Part shown: positions 18,601 through 27,288 of the stretch, one piece after another
How positions within the stretch are numbered: position 1 is the first letter of the stretch
How the letters are laid out: each line of letters begins with the position of its first letter
From: an uncultured virus (IMG/VR IMGVR_UViG_3300017719_000005)
Taxonomy: Duplodnaviria > Heunggongvirae > Uroviricota > Caudoviricetes > Kyanoviridae
Length of the DNA stretch: 64,000 bases
Virus record (IMG/VR): IMGVR_UViG_3300017719_000005
Reading direction: 5' to 3' (one strand)
Translations under genes and position numbers: made by a program
Notes under the pieces: generated by a model
What the model was told of the DNA's origin: nothing
The model's database searches: none
The model's input: the letters and a program-made list of their open reading frames with translations, nothing else

Positions 18601-20213
18601 CCCCACAGTTTTTCCTTATCAGCAATGAATTCAATGCCATCGGGTTTCTTCTGGAAGACATACCCCAGGATACTATGGAAGACCATGCCAGCACCATTCA
18701 TGGTGTCTCTCTCACCAGCACCCTGAGTATCAGGAGCACCAGGGTTAGTGGTCAGGAAATAATCATGAGGATTGCTACCTTTGTACTTAAACAGAGGCAC
18801 ACTTCTATCTCTTGTCTCAGATCCAAGGATAGATGCAGTGATATTCATCACCCTCTGACCGTCATTACCATTCTGCTGAGGCATGAATGTAAATGGAATC
18901 TCCACACCAGACTCAGGAAGTTTACCAGTCCAAGAGGTTACTCTCCACTCACTATCAATATCATCTGCCTTACCATCACTGCCTACATTATATACAGGTC
19001 TGACTTCAAAGTTAATCACAGCACCACCATATCTGATAGTGTGCTGTGCGATATCTCCTCTTCTTCCATTGCCACTACTTAAACCTAGGTTTTTCTTAGG
19101 CCAGAAGTCAGCACCACCCTCATTATAAACCCAGGTGCCATTACCTACACCTTCATTGTTAGTAGTTTTGATCGGTGGATTCTTTTCTGATGTTGTGAAT
19201 CCTGAATTGCTACCAGTGATTAGCTCTACGTTTTGTCCACTACCACCTGCTGATCCAGGCACCTTATCCTTTAGGCACCACCATGCAGCATCACCATCAG
19301 TCAGAGAGTATCCAGAAGGACCAGCGATCTCATTGTGATAGTTGTACTCATTACCATTCTCGGATTCATAGACAGGGACTCTCTCAGGGAAGCAGTTCTT
19401 GATACAAACTTCCGTCTTGTTAGCAGACCATCCACGAGGGTGGAATCCTTCACAGTCTGCCTTGGCAGGTGTCCAACCACCACCTAGGTATGGTTTGAAT
19501 GTACATTCTAAAGTTTTTCTAACACATCGTGCCCAATCGTCATCCTCTGGTTTAGAGAAAGGACAATACAATATCTCTTCAGGGTCACTTCCAATTACTT
19601 TCCAGTATCCATTACCTATATCTTTTACTTTGCCACGAATTCTTAACTCACTGACACGCTTACAGTCATCAGGGGGACCACCGCCAGTGCTACCACCAGT
19701 GCCTATCCATGGACCATCAGGCTCGGGACCAGTTGGCCAGTGGATGGTGATGGGATTGCCGCATTTCAGACCAGGAATTTCTATACCTAATTCATCTACA
19801 ACGAAACAAATAATAGGATCGATGTTAACAATCGTAGGGAGATCAGGTAAATCGTCAGGTGGACGGGGTGGTAGTAGTGGCGGAAGGGCAGGGTAACATC
19901 TCCCAACCAGATCTTGAATCACCTCATTAGGTGTTGGCGGGGGAGTAAATTCAGGAGCATCAGGACGCTCAGGGATATTGAGCGAGTCCAGTGGGTTGGG
20001 ACTGTTTGGTGGTGCAGTAGGACCATAACATCTACCCACCAGATTCTGAATCACTTCAGAAGGTGTTAGTGTTGGTGGTATACCCTCGGAGGTTCCACCT
20101 GCGGGTCTAAATTCACTAGCAGGATTCTCACCATCCAATGCGTTGGGGGTCAGACCAATCGGACCCGTGACATTGTAACAGCGAGCAACTAGATTACGAA
20201 TATGCTCGGACAT
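15606..20213 (-). CDS. Large (1535 aa) probable virion/adhesin-like protein
   Basis: Pro-rich repeated N-terminus, Cys-rich segments, beta-rich domains, WEDL..GDDDYDDL Ca-binding-like motif; CTAAATA upstream. Confidence 0.7.
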   Translation of the reverse strand: MSEHIRNLVARCYNVTGPIGLTPNALDGENPASEFRPAGGTSEGIPPTLTPSEVIQNLVGRCYGPTAPPNSPNPLDSLNIPERPDAPEFTPPPTPNEVIQDLVGRCYPALPPLLPPRPPDDLPDLPTIVNIDPIICFVVDELGIEIPGLKCGNPITIHWPTGPEPDGPWIGTGGSTGGGPPDDCKRVSELRIRGKVKDIGNGYWKVIGSDPEEILYCPFSKPEDDDWARCVRKTLECTFKPYLGGGWTPAKADCEGFHPRGWSANKTEVCIKNCFPERVPVYESENGNEYNYHNEIAGPSGYSLTDGDAAWWCLKDKVPGSAGGSGQNVELITGSNSGFTTSEKNPPIKTTNNEGVGNGTWVYNEGGADFWPKKNLGLSSGNGRRGDIAQHTIRYGGAVINFEVRPVYNVGSDGKADDIDSEWRVTSWTGKLPESGVEIPFTFMPQQNGNDGQRVMNITASILGSETRDRSVPLFKYKGSNPHDYFLTTNPGAPDTQGAGERDTMNGAGMVFHSILGYVFQKKPDGIEFIADKEKLWGLHRFYNPSTGDHRYTIDPQNNTIPQRVSRSRFAYRIPQKVTTDLTVRLDVEKGKAGYDNAFGYYLANSSGPQWGKIVVPSAKNAEEGGGNETNVVTISVSELQAYKGGTMGFFLLSDGAGQNSLSTNQTFNINSHSNGHGSGFRGSGIDTKENDYILFSDKEWNPEDKKDYTKWKGPNKQMWEDLIDGDDDYDDLILWHTVEFTAYPGYIYEGIQCYVFADNRPEPVMLKIDLSNPCDPQSFKKNFKDVILQRQGCGNDSPITFGEWDENHECGKCDGDYSISQGRNQTITTITGGNFKLKSFGGITGGSTGDCIRFKMRMKKNGSEIFSQRYDAGDWPTIGQDLYDGTISLSPGDKLNFKLQSIITGPPTGTITPYCALWNVDTGKFEMQWGLQLTTVSGDNPLSPMMMANTQLLSIQSAGAVVGINFQFYPSYGSQINAKADGKTRAGSMIGDTWHDRAKPNKKSAGPKQASTKVYENSTITSMHGLLQNNPAILGGMARDTFNPLIPNVTGGYCDTGYPEDSASEYERGNWQGYRVQVLGGDYGDFVRRHLVTRFDQGDGTIPQRNTFLNKSPVCFARQEKPWYVVADCQSTAASVFDGGTNFFSANTFTQDYYLDGNEFENDAIENVSVAASLYAKVRIGFTFYSTKGIPNEQGKPEGGVANPERWMCAITLMEVLQTGIGYSQGQEYDLTWPPRRYDQGATGTLSAYFLPNGTGIQVEGAGSGTITLDFDWDDQPSTSGQAVGKLVIEGQTFDQGNSETGNQTRSFSVTGGNKYLWTINGQAGQYANAREAFNAGDITSLSNFAKDVIVQGWDDHPEYLTDPELHQQAVGYFPDPDSEHGLPDRGFTSLFQVDADDDEQGFTWLGGEQSGDAGFRIRDSGQTIQWDDNAANGFDVNATMVIADLTTSGGGQSADAAYNAMEDPNTSPYYPDMKGNFTLPRNLAAFYERDSMRRSAKEAFYQESHNKNSPVWYTSSDRDKHRVKFKLIITQTS

Positions 20214-20214
20214 T

Positions 20215-20241
20215 AAAAAAGAGGAGCGGGTGCTGCTCCTC
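20215..20241 (-). terminator. Rho-independent terminator
   Basis: GAGGAGC-agcaccc-GCTCCTC-TTTTTT. Confidence 0.8.
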
Positions 20242-20297
20242 TATTTAGTGTGATGTGTTTGATGGATTTTGCCATCCACATCAGCGGCGACGATACT

Positions 20298-20504
20298 TTA
20301 TTTATCGTTGTATAGATTCTCCAGTTTTTCTCTGGATAGATCTACATACAATACCTCTTCACCTATCTGAGGTGCCTCGGGATGTTTCCGAGATCTAGCA
20401 CCCCAGTAAATAGATTTAAGGTTGTAATACATAAGAGCAAAGGCACCGCCAGCAATGAGAGCGAAGCATGTGAAGTAAAGAAAGACTTCAAAACTATTCA
20501 TCAT
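20298..20504 (-). CDS. Small membrane protein (DUF2973-like)
   Basis: TM helix followed by HPEAP..GEE.LYV. Confidence 0.65.
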   Translation of the reverse strand: MMNSFEVFLYFTCFALIAGGAFALMYYNLKSIYWGARSRKHPEAPQIGEEVLYVDLSREKLENLYNDK

Positions 20505-20746
20505 GCCTCCTGAAGAGATTGAACTGTGTTGTGTAACTCACCAACATCACGAAGACCCTCGGCACTAAACCAAGGAGCATTAGCCCAACTGAATCCTTCA
20601 CCAAAGGTGTTATCAGGTGCAGTGATATACCAATGACATGATGTGTCAGGCACATCTACTGCACACTTAGACCAATCGTCACTCCACTGTGGGACTTGCA
20701 CCCACATTAGAGCAGCAAACATAATACTGAAGAGTGATTTAATCAC
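20501..20746 (-). CDS. Conserved cyanophage hypothetical protein downstream of psbD
   Basis: [24 protein letters not shown]. Confidence 0.7.
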   Translation of the reverse strand: MIKSLFSIMFAALMWVQVPQWSDDWSKCAVDVPDTSCHWYITAPDNTFGEGFSWANAPWFSAEGLRDVGELHNTVQSLQEA

Positions 20747-21798
20747 AGTGCATTACCTCTTGGTAGTACTTCCTCAGGGAAGATGAAGTTTTCATGTGGT
20801 TGGTCAGCAGGTGCCATCCAAGCACGGAGTCCTTCATTCAGGAGGATATTCTTGGTGTAGAAGGTCTCGAATTCAGGATCCTCCGCTGCACGAATCTCCT
20901 GAGATACGAAGTCGTAAGCACGAAGATTAAGAGCGAGTCCAACAATACCGATAGAAGAAGTCCAGAGACCCATGACGGGCACGAATAGCATAAAGAAATG
21001 CAACCAACGCTTGTTACTAAAAGCAATACCGAAGATCTGTGACCAGAAACGGTTCGCAGTAACCATCGAGTAAGTTTCCTCCTCTTGCGTAGGCTCAAAA
21101 GCCTTGAAAGTATTCGCTTGCTCACCATCTTCAAACAGCGTGTTTTCTACAGTAGCACCATGGATTGCACATAGCAATGCTCCACCCAGTATACCAGCAA
21201 CACCCATCATATGGAAGGGGTTGAGGGTCCAGTTGTGGAAACCCTGCAGGAAGAGTAGGAATCTAAAGATTGCTGCTACCCCGAAACTAGGTGCAAAGAA
21301 CCATGAAGACTGACCCAGTGGATACAGAAGGAATACGCTGACAAAGACAGCAATAGGACCAGAGAACGCAATAGCATTGTAGGGACGGATACCAACTAGA
21401 CGAGCGATCTCAAACTGTCTAAGCATGAAACCAATGAGAGCGAAGGCACCGTGGAGAGCCACGAAAGCCCAGAGTCCCCCAAGTTGGCACCAGCGGACGA
21501 AATCCCCCTGAGCTTCAGGACCCCAAAGTAGAAGAAGAGAATGACCCATAGCGTCAGCAGGCGTTGAGACAGCTGACGTAAGAAAATTAGCACCCTCAAG
21601 ATAGGAAGTAGCAAGTCCGTGGGTGTACCAACTCGTGACAAAAGTTGTGCCAGTAAGCCAACCACCAATGGCAAGATAAGCAGTGGGAAGAAGAAGTATT
21701 CCAGACCAACCCACAAAGACAAAGCGATCCCGTTTAAGCCAGTCATCAAGGATATCAAACCAACCCCTCCGTTGTTGTTGTAGTGTAGCAGTCGTCAT
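20743..21798 (-). CDS. psbD: Photosystem II D2 protein
   Basis: [16 protein letters not shown]...[10 protein letters not shown]. Confidence 0.99.
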   Translation of the reverse strand: MTTATLQQQRRGWFDILDDWLKRDRFVFVGWSGILLLPTAYLAIGGWLTGTTFVTSWYTHGLATSYLEGANFLTSAVSTPADAMGHSLLLLWGPEAQGDFVRWCQLGGLWAFVALHGAFALIGFMLRQFEIARLVGIRPYNAIAFSGPIAVFVSVFLLYPLGQSSWFFAPSFGVAAIFRFLLFLQGFHNWTLNPFHMMGVAGILGGALLCAIHGATVENTLFEDGEQANTFKAFEPTQEEETYSMVTANRFWSQIFGIAFSNKRWLHFFMLFVPVMGLWTSSIGIVGLALNLRAYDFVSQEIRAAEDPEFETFYTKNILLNEGLRAWMAPADQPHENFIFPEEVLPRGNAL

Positions 21799-21809
21799 TG
21801 AATTTTACC

Positions 21810-22031
21810 TTAGTTGTTTAGTTCCAAATAGAATTTTGTTTGATCACTAGGTGCATTCTCGTAGAATGAGATGTCACCATACATTTTATGATCTTTGTAT
21901 CCAACCATGCGACCTTTTGTATTTTGGATAGCACCCATCATAGCAATGATAAGGAAGATAGCAGGAGGACCAATGATTAAAGCACCACCGATCACATAGT
22001 AAGTGAGCAATTCGATTAGATCAGTAGACAT
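21810..22031 (-). CDS. Small membrane protein between psbA and psbD
   Basis: One TM helix; fills the intergenic space. Confidence 0.65.
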   Translation of the reverse strand: MSTDLIELLTYYVIGGALIIGPPAIFLIIAMMGAIQNTKGRMVGYKDHKMYGDISFYENAPSDQTKFYLELNN

Positions 22032-22055
22032 AAAACTTTACAGTAATGAAGAAAA

Positions 22056-22079
22056 GAAAAGGGGTCCGTAGACCCCTTT
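22056..22079 (-). terminator. psbA terminator
   Basis: AAAGGGGTC-TACG-GACCCCTTTT hairpin. Confidence 0.8.
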
Positions 22080-22100
22080 ATTATACCACAAGTTGAGTGA

Positions 22101-23180
22101 TCAACCGATGCTAGGTGCGGTAAGTGCCACAGGTGTGGACTCGGCAGCAGCCAGATCGAGTGGGAAGTTGTGAGCGTTACGCTCGTGCATGACTTCCATA
22201 CCAAGACCAGCGCGGTTAAGCACGTCTGCCCAGGTAGGGAGGACACGACCATTGTTGTCCAAGATGGACTGGTTGAAGTTGAAACCGTTGAGGTTGAATG
22301 CCATGGTGCTTACGCCCAGTGCAGTAAACCAGATTCCGACAACAGGCCATGCGGCAAGGAAGAAGTGAAGACTTCTGCTGTTGTTGAAGGAAGCGTATTG
22401 GAAGATCAAACGACCAAAGTAACCATGAGCGGCGACGATGTTGTAAGTCTCTTCCTCTTGTCCAAACTTGTAACCATAGTTTTGTGACTCAGATTCAGTC
22501 GTCTCACGGACGAGTGAAGAAGTAACAAGACTACCATGCATTGCCGAGAAGAGTGATCCACCGAAGACACCTGCTACTCCCAACATGTGGAAGGGGTGCA
22601 TAAGGATGTTGTGCTCTGCTTGGAAGACAAGCATGTAGTTGAATGTGCCAGAGATACCAAGAGGCATTGCGTCAGAGAAAGAACCTTGACCGAAAGGATA
22701 GACCAGGAAGACTGCGGATGCTGCTGCAACAGGTGCAGAGTATGCAACACAGATCCAAGGACGCATCCCAAGACGGTAAGACAATTCCCATTCACGTCCC
22801 ATATAGGCAAAGATGCCGATCAGGAAGTGGAAGATTACCAATTGGAAAGGACCGCCGTTATACAACCACTCGTCGAGTGATGCGGCTTCCCAGATGGGGT
22901 AGAAGTGAAGACCAATTGCGTTGGAGGATGGGACAACAGCACCAGAAATGATGTTGTTACCATACATGAGTGAACCTGCTACGGGCTCACGGATACCGTC
23001 GATATCGACGGGTGGTGCCGCTACGAAAGCGATCACGAAGCAGATGGTTGCCGCCAACAGAGTTGGGATCATCAGCACTCCAAACCATCCGACATAGAGT
23101 CGGTTGTTTGTGGAAGTTACCCACTCGCAGAACGAATCCCACGCGGAGGTTGTTTGTTGTTGCCTTGAAAGAGTTGACAT
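22101..23180 (-). CDS. psbA: Photosystem II D1 protein
   Basis: [10 protein letters not shown]...[13 protein letters not shown]. Confidence 0.99.
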   Translation of the reverse strand: MSTLSRQQQTTSAWDSFCEWVTSTNNRLYVGWFGVLMIPTLLAATICFVIAFVAAPPVDIDGIREPVAGSLMYGNNIISGAVVPSSNAIGLHFYPIWEAASLDEWLYNGGPFQLVIFHFLIGIFAYMGREWELSYRLGMRPWICVAYSAPVAAASAVFLVYPFGQGSFSDAMPLGISGTFNYMLVFQAEHNILMHPFHMLGVAGVFGGSLFSAMHGSLVTSSLVRETTESESQNYGYKFGQEEETYNIVAAHGYFGRLIFQYASFNNSRSLHFFLAAWPVVGIWFTALGVSTMAFNLNGFNFNQSILDNNGRVLPTWADVLNRAGLGMEVMHERNAHNFPLDLAAAESTPVALTAPSIG

Positions 23181-23184
23181 TGAA

Positions 23185-23300
23185 ATTTAGGGTAGGTATG
23201 AGTGCAGGGAAACACTAATATAATATGCCTGTTGCACCCTCAGCAGCAGGTATGAAAGACTGTTATTTAATGACGCTGTTTAGTCTTGGTGAGGCGTCAA
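23185..23300 (-). ncRNA. Structured psbA 5' leader, probably a PhotoRC-II-type motif
   Basis: Hairpins (TGACGC/GCGTCA; ATACCTGCTGC/GCAACAGGCAT) between the promoter and psbA. Family assigned from position and recall only. Confidence 0.55.
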
Positions 23301-23327
23301 GTGTGTCGTTGTGTAACGACCGTCCAT

Positions 23328-23356
23328 ACTATATATGGTTTTCAACACCTTGTCAA
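23328..23356 (-). promoter_or_regulatory. sigma70-type psbA promoter
   Basis: TTGACA-N17-TATAGT. Confidence 0.8.
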
Positions 23357-24822
23357 GTGTAATCGAAGGTGGACTCCAAGAAAACCGACATAGGAGGACA
23401 TGTCTTGGCATATTGTAGCACAAGTTGGTGCTCATATGCCCAGTCATCGACTTTGCGACGAGTAACAAGCTCTGGATACTTGAAGTATTCAGTGAGTCGC
23501 TTGTTGACTGTAGTATAACCTGATCCTGCAAGGATGTGAAGGACCTGTGTGCCACCATGGGAAATGGCTTCGTTGCCATTCATAATATACTGAATGGCTT
23601 CATGGGTTCCTGTGAGATCATACTCTATCTCATCGCTGACATGACTCCAGAAAGGTGTGTCACGACGGCGACTGTAATAGTAGTGTGCCTCTACAAACTC
23701 ACGCCATCCGTCCATATGCTCAGTGAGGTTATGGTTGAAGCGATCACGCTGGAATTGTCCAGGCAGAGGTGCCTCCTGTAGGAGGTCCATGAGAGCAAGG
23801 ATGCCATGGTGTGTGTTGAAGAGACTTGTAGATTCTAGCGGCTCGATGAATCCAAACGAGAGTCCGATGGACACACAGTTACCTGTCCATGCTCTCTCAT
23901 GCCTGCCGTTTTCAAACTTGATCAGACGTGCATCATCGTATCCGAATTCTTTACGGGCATCCTCTTCGCTCTGAAACTTTGAGCAGAATACATATCCCCT
24001 GCTGAGGAAGTCATAGGTAGGGATGGTCCACTGCCAACCAGCAGTCATTGCTTTAGCGTTGGTGTAGGGGACCATCTCGGTCTCCCGATCAGTGTAGTCA
24101 GTCTTAACTACGAGTGCGCTGTCAGTTACAATTGAATCGTAGGGTTTCCACTTGCTAAGCGCCCCCCCGACAACTGCTTGCTGCCCACTACAGTCGATAA
24201 AGAGATCACCAAAAATCTTTTCTCCCCCGAGTTTGTATGGTCCACCTGTGACCACGACGTGCTCGATGTTCCTTCCTTTAGTAGCAACAGACTTAACTGT
24301 GCTATTAACCACCTTAAGATCTTTGCAGAAGGTGTCTCTGAGAAAGTTGGAGAAGGCTGCTCCGTTAATATGGAATGATCTGTCTTTAGCGAGGTCATAT
24401 GGTCCTAGGATATTTTTATTCAGTGGTAGTCGCCCTGCCTCTGCCACCGCCGTGAATGGCATGAATACTTGGGAGAAGGGTGGTAGATTCTCTGGATGAA
24501 ATGCTTTGGCGAGCATCCACTCTTGAAATTTTATATGTTTTGCGACTGACTGTCCATTGGGATAGTGAAATACTTCACCCTCCTTCACGAAACCATCAAA
24601 CCTTGAAGAGGATTTGAATGTTGCTCGTGCTGCAGGGAGGAATACTTCATCAGTGATCCCCATGTAATCAAGATACTGATTGATGTGTGGCGTAGTGCTT
24701 TCACCTACACCGATGGCATCACCACCATTGATCATAGTGATGTCCCAGTTAGGGAAAGTTTTACAAAAAGCGGCGGCAGTCATCCAACCAGATGTACCAC
24801 CACCGACAATCACAATACGCAT
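23353..24822 (-). CDS. Flavin-dependent (tryptophan-halogenase family) halogenase
   Basis: GGGTSG, VGEST, ATFK, WQWTIP, FIEPLEST. Confidence 0.9.
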   Translation of the reverse strand: MRIVIVGGGTSGWMTAAAFCKTFPNWDITMINGGDAIGVGESTTPHINQYLDYMGITDEVFLPAARATFKSSSRFDGFVKEGEVFHYPNGQSVAKHIKFQEWMLAKAFHPENLPPFSQVFMPFTAVAEAGRLPLNKNILGPYDLAKDRSFHINGAAFSNFLRDTFCKDLKVVNSTVKSVATKGRNIEHVVVTGGPYKLGGEKIFGDLFIDCSGQQAVVGGALSKWKPYDSIVTDSALVVKTDYTDRETEMVPYTNAKAMTAGWQWTIPTYDFLSRGYVFCSKFQSEEDARKEFGYDDARLIKFENGRHERAWTGNCVSIGLSFGFIEPLESTSLFNTHHGILALMDLLQEAPLPGQFQRDRFNHNLTEHMDGWREFVEAHYYYSRRRDTPFWSHVSDEIEYDLTGTHEAIQYIMNGNEAISHGGTQVLHILAGSGYTTVNKRLTEYFKYPELVTRRKVDDWAYEHQLVLQYAKTCPPMSVFLESTFDYT

Positions 24823-24823
24823 G

Positions 24824-24964
24824 TTACTTTTTTTTCAGTGTCTTTTTAATCATCTTAGCATACAAAACTTCCTCTGGTGTATACCAATTGGGATGTTTCT
24901 TTGCTCCTTTAAGTAGTTTCTTTACTGCTTTCTTTGTTGAGAGTTGTTTCTTTTCTTCCATTAA
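24824..24964 (-). CDS. Small basic hypothetical protein
   Basis: MEEKKQL...AKKHPNWYTPEEVLYAK. Confidence 0.55.
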   Translation of the reverse strand, partial: LMEEKKQLSTKKAVKKLLKGAKKHPNWYTPEEVLYAKMIKKTLKKK

Positions 24965-25214
24965 TGGATTGATATTTAGAAAATTCTTTGAAGAGATTCT
25001 CACCAACGAAAGCATAGAGGTCTCCGCCATGGGTAGACAATGCTTCTTCTAATCCTTGCTGGGTGGATGGGACATTAAGCAACCCATTCGACACATAGTA
25101 GTGACAGAACTCATACACTTCTCTATTTATGGGGATTTGCTTATGAATAAATGCAGTCAGACAAATCTGTCTCTCTGCCATCTTGCCGTCGTCATAGCGC
25201 CAGTCTTCAATCAT
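24909..25214 (-). CDS. Hypothetical protein
   Basis: ORF track; DWRY...VYEFC. Confidence 0.6.
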   Translation of the reverse strand: MIEDWRYDDGKMAERQICLTAFIHKQIPINREVYEFCHYYVSNGLLNVPSTQQGLEEALSTHGGDLYAFVGENLFKEFSKYQSINGRKETTLNKESSKETT

Positions 25215-25366
25215 TGAGCAATCATCCTGAATTCTTTTTTAGTTTGGAATGCCTTCTGCCCTGCTTCACACAGGTGCAGAAGAAATTGAGCCTTGTGTAG
25301 GGATAGGTTGGAGTAGTTTTTTAACTTAACCCAGTTACCATCCCAGTAAAACTCTAAGCAATACAT
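25211..25366 (-). CDS. Small hypothetical protein (51 aa)
   Basis: Manual translation MYCLEFYWDGNWVKL... Confidence 0.55.
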   Translation of the reverse strand: MYCLEFYWDGNWVKLKNYSNLSLHKAQFLLHLCEAGQKAFQTKKEFRMIAQ

Positions 25367-25369
25367 GAC

Positions 25370-25963
25370 TCATGCATCCAACCTGAGTTTATTTAGATAA
25401 TCCCAAGCATATACTTCACGGTTACCTTTGATGCCCCATCCCAACCAACGATAAGAAGGTTGCATATAGTATGCAATACTCATTCCATTCGATTGGAAGT
25501 ATGGAAGTTGACGCTGAAATATATTCTCGTTAACCATGTAACGAAGTTGGCAGTCGAATGTGGAGGGATCACACTCAAACTTATTGGCAAATTTGCCGAG
25601 GTTGACGTAGCGGTTTACGCTGGTCCACTGAATGATGCCATAACCACCCCGATGACAATCGTGGTAAGGAACTCTAGCACCTCCCTCGCATATATTGGCA
25701 GTGAAATTAGACTCCTGTCTAATGTTGCCAAGAATTGTAGCAATAGCATTTTTGTCTTTGATATTTACTGATGGTGTTTGTAAATACGCTACGACTTTTG
25801 TCTCTTCAGGGGAGCAATCTTCACACTCCCATTTAGTCTCTAAGATCTTTGTAGGTCTCAGTCCTGCTGCTTCAACTTTGTGAGGAGCAGAAGAAGTACA
25901 TGCCATAAGCAGTGGCAGCATTGCTGTTACCATTACAAGTGGTCTCATGTCTAGTCTATCCAT
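25370..25963 (-). CDS. Phage tail-lysozyme-like muramidase with lipobox
   Basis: ATILGNIRQES, GYGIIQWT; LLMAC lipobox. Confidence 0.75.
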   Translation of the reverse strand: MDRLDMRPLVMVTAMLPLLMACTSSAPHKVEAAGLRPTKILETKWECEDCSPEETKVVAYLQTPSVNIKDKNAIATILGNIRQESNFTANICEGGARVPYHDCHRGGYGIIQWTSVNRYVNLGKFANKFECDPSTFDCQLRYMVNENIFQRQLPYFQSNGMSIAYYMQPSYRWLGWGIKGNREVYAWDYLNKLRLDA

Positions 25964-25968
25964 AATAG

Positions 25969-25989
25969 AAAAGGGTGCCAGAGGCACCC
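25969..25989 (-). terminator. Terminator after the hli operon
   Basis: GGGTGCC-tct-GGCACCC-TTTT. Confidence 0.7.
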
Positions 25990-26017
25990 GAGTATCATAG
26001 CGTATTTAGCGTGGTTG

Positions 26018-26155
26018 TCAAGAGGTTGGAGCATAAGAAGGAATCATCATTCCCCCATCACTTCCGTCGTCATCCTCATCAGTGTCTGCTAGTAGTAGCA
26101 AGATAATGAAAGGAGTAAAACAGAAGACGATCGTCTGAAATACCTCTAGACTCAT
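26018..26155 (-). CDS. Small membrane protein with acidic DDDG..GGMM.P tail
   Basis: 45 aa; start overlaps the hli stop. Confidence 0.6.
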   Translation of the reverse strand: MSLEVFQTIVFCFTPFIILLLLADTDEDDDGSDGGMMIPSYAPTS

Positions 26156-26262
26156 TACCAAATACCTGGGATGATCTGTCCTGTGACAGCGTAGGTGCCC
26201 ATTGCGGCAACGATTCCGATCATTGCCATCCAACCATTAAAACGTTCTGCTTGAGGAGTCAT
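26155..26262 (-). CDS. hli: High-light-inducible protein (35 aa)
   Basis: Manual translation MTPQAERFNGWMAMIG...TGQIIPGIW. Confidence 0.92.
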   Translation of the reverse strand: MTPQAERFNGWMAMIGIVAAMGTYAVTGQIIPGIW

Positions 26263-26263
26263 T

Positions 26264-26482
26264 TCACCACACTCCGAAGAAGAGTTTGCCAGTGAAGGCA
26301 TAGGACAGGAAGGCAGAGACGATGCCAAGCATTGCTAGGCGTCCGTTGAGTTTCTCTGCGGACTCATTGTGAGTCTCGTATACTTCTGATTGCATTGCTT
26401 TCTCCACTTTAGGGTCGATGTACATTTGGGGCTCGGTGGCATACATGTTGGTGCGACCACCGTCTTCGATTGTAACAGTCAT
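26264..26482 (-). CDS. hli: High-light-inducible protein
   Basis: AEKLNGRLAMLG. Confidence 0.95.
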   Translation of the reverse strand: MTVTIEDGGRTNMYATEPQMYIDPKVEKAMQSEVYETHNESAEKLNGRLAMLGIVSAFLSYAFTGKLFFGVW

Positions 26483-26507
26483 TTGTTAAGGTATGTTACT
26501 TCTTGTA

Positions 26508-26536
26508 ACTATATATAACTTTACAATATTTGTCAA
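26508..26536 (-). promoter_or_regulatory. sigma70-type hli promoter
   Basis: TTGACA-N17-TATAGT. Confidence 0.8.
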
Positions 26537-26542
26537 GCCCCC

Positions 26543-26860
26543 TTAAGAAAATGTGATGACATCCTGTCCACCGATCACCCCACCGAGGTCTACTGGTTGT
26601 GCTGCAAAGGTGTCCCCACTGAAGGAGATCGTGTCACTGCTCTCAATGTTCTGGAAGTCATAGTTATCGTTGAGATAGATCGGACTGCTAGGGAATTCGA
26701 TCTGTGGCACGTCCTCAGCACACTGCTCAGTGATGGTCTGTAGACCATTGTAGTGACGCCACAGCTCACTCAGGTGACTGCGATTGAAGTTAGGGTCATC
26801 GATCGCACTGTGCAGTGCTTTCTTGAGTGCCTCTGTTGCTGCTGTCAATTCTGCTTTCAT
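26543..26860 (-). CDS. Hypothetical protein
   Basis: Likely start MKAELT; ELWRHY.G...DVITFS. Confidence 0.6.
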   Translation of the reverse strand: MKAELTAATEALKKALHSAIDDPNFNRSHLSELWRHYNGLQTITEQCAEDVPQIEFPSSPIYLNDNYDFQNIESSDTISFSGDTFAAQPVDLGGVIGGQDVITFS

Positions 26861-27050
26861 AATTCCAGTGACGGATAACTCCGCTGACGATAAAACAATT
26901 GGTGACAAGATAGGATACAAAAATGCAGGTACGAATACCTGCAATGTAATTATCATAGGGTCCTGTCTTGTCATCAGAGAATGACCCTAGGGAATACTTC
27001 CAGACGTTAAGAAGACGCTTTAACACTGTCTCGTGTATAGCAAGGGACAC
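26796..27050 (-). CDS. Hypothetical membrane protein
   Basis: WKYSLGSFSDDKT...IRHW; true start probably internal. Confidence 0.55.
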   Translation of the reverse strand: MSLAIHETVLKRLLNVWKYSLGSFSDDKTGPYDNYIAGIRTCIFVSYLVTNCFIVSGVIRHWNYESRIDSSNRGTQESTAQCDR

Positions 27051-27288
27051 CAGCAGGGTCTAACCATTTGGCATACTCAAAGTCTTCAATAGCAAGAAGC
27101 ATCTGATCACCATTATCAAAGAGATAGATGTCAGAATACTTCTTTGTATACTCGTTTGCTTTTTGCAAACGAAAATCAGGTTTGCCATTCAATTGAATGT
27201 GACCCTTCTGCACATAGCGATAGGGAAACCTCTCGTGAATCACAGTAGTCTTGGTCGTTGCGACTGACTGCGGATCAAGATCATTCAT
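27007..27288 (-). CDS. Conserved cyanophage hypothetical protein
   Basis: ERFPYRYV...WLDP.GVPCY. Confidence 0.7.
   Translation of the reverse strand: MNDLDPQSVATTKTTVIHERFPYRYVQKGHIQLNGKPDFRLQKANEYTKKYSDIYLFDNGDQMLLAIEDFEYAKWLDPAGVPCYTRDSVKASS

Noticed and set aside
22101..23180. Possible group I intron or homing endonuclease at psbA/psbD
   Set aside because: psbA and psbD are continuous and of normal length; the intervening ORF is a small membrane protein without nuclease motifs.
23280..23579. 99-aa minus-strand ORF spanning the halogenase end and psbA promoter
   Set aside because: Out-of-frame overlap with the halogenase and regulatory DNA; no protein-like features.
26018..26233. 71-aa ORF as given in the track
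   Set aside because: Its 5' half overlaps the 35-aa hli in another frame; the real start is probably ATG 26155.
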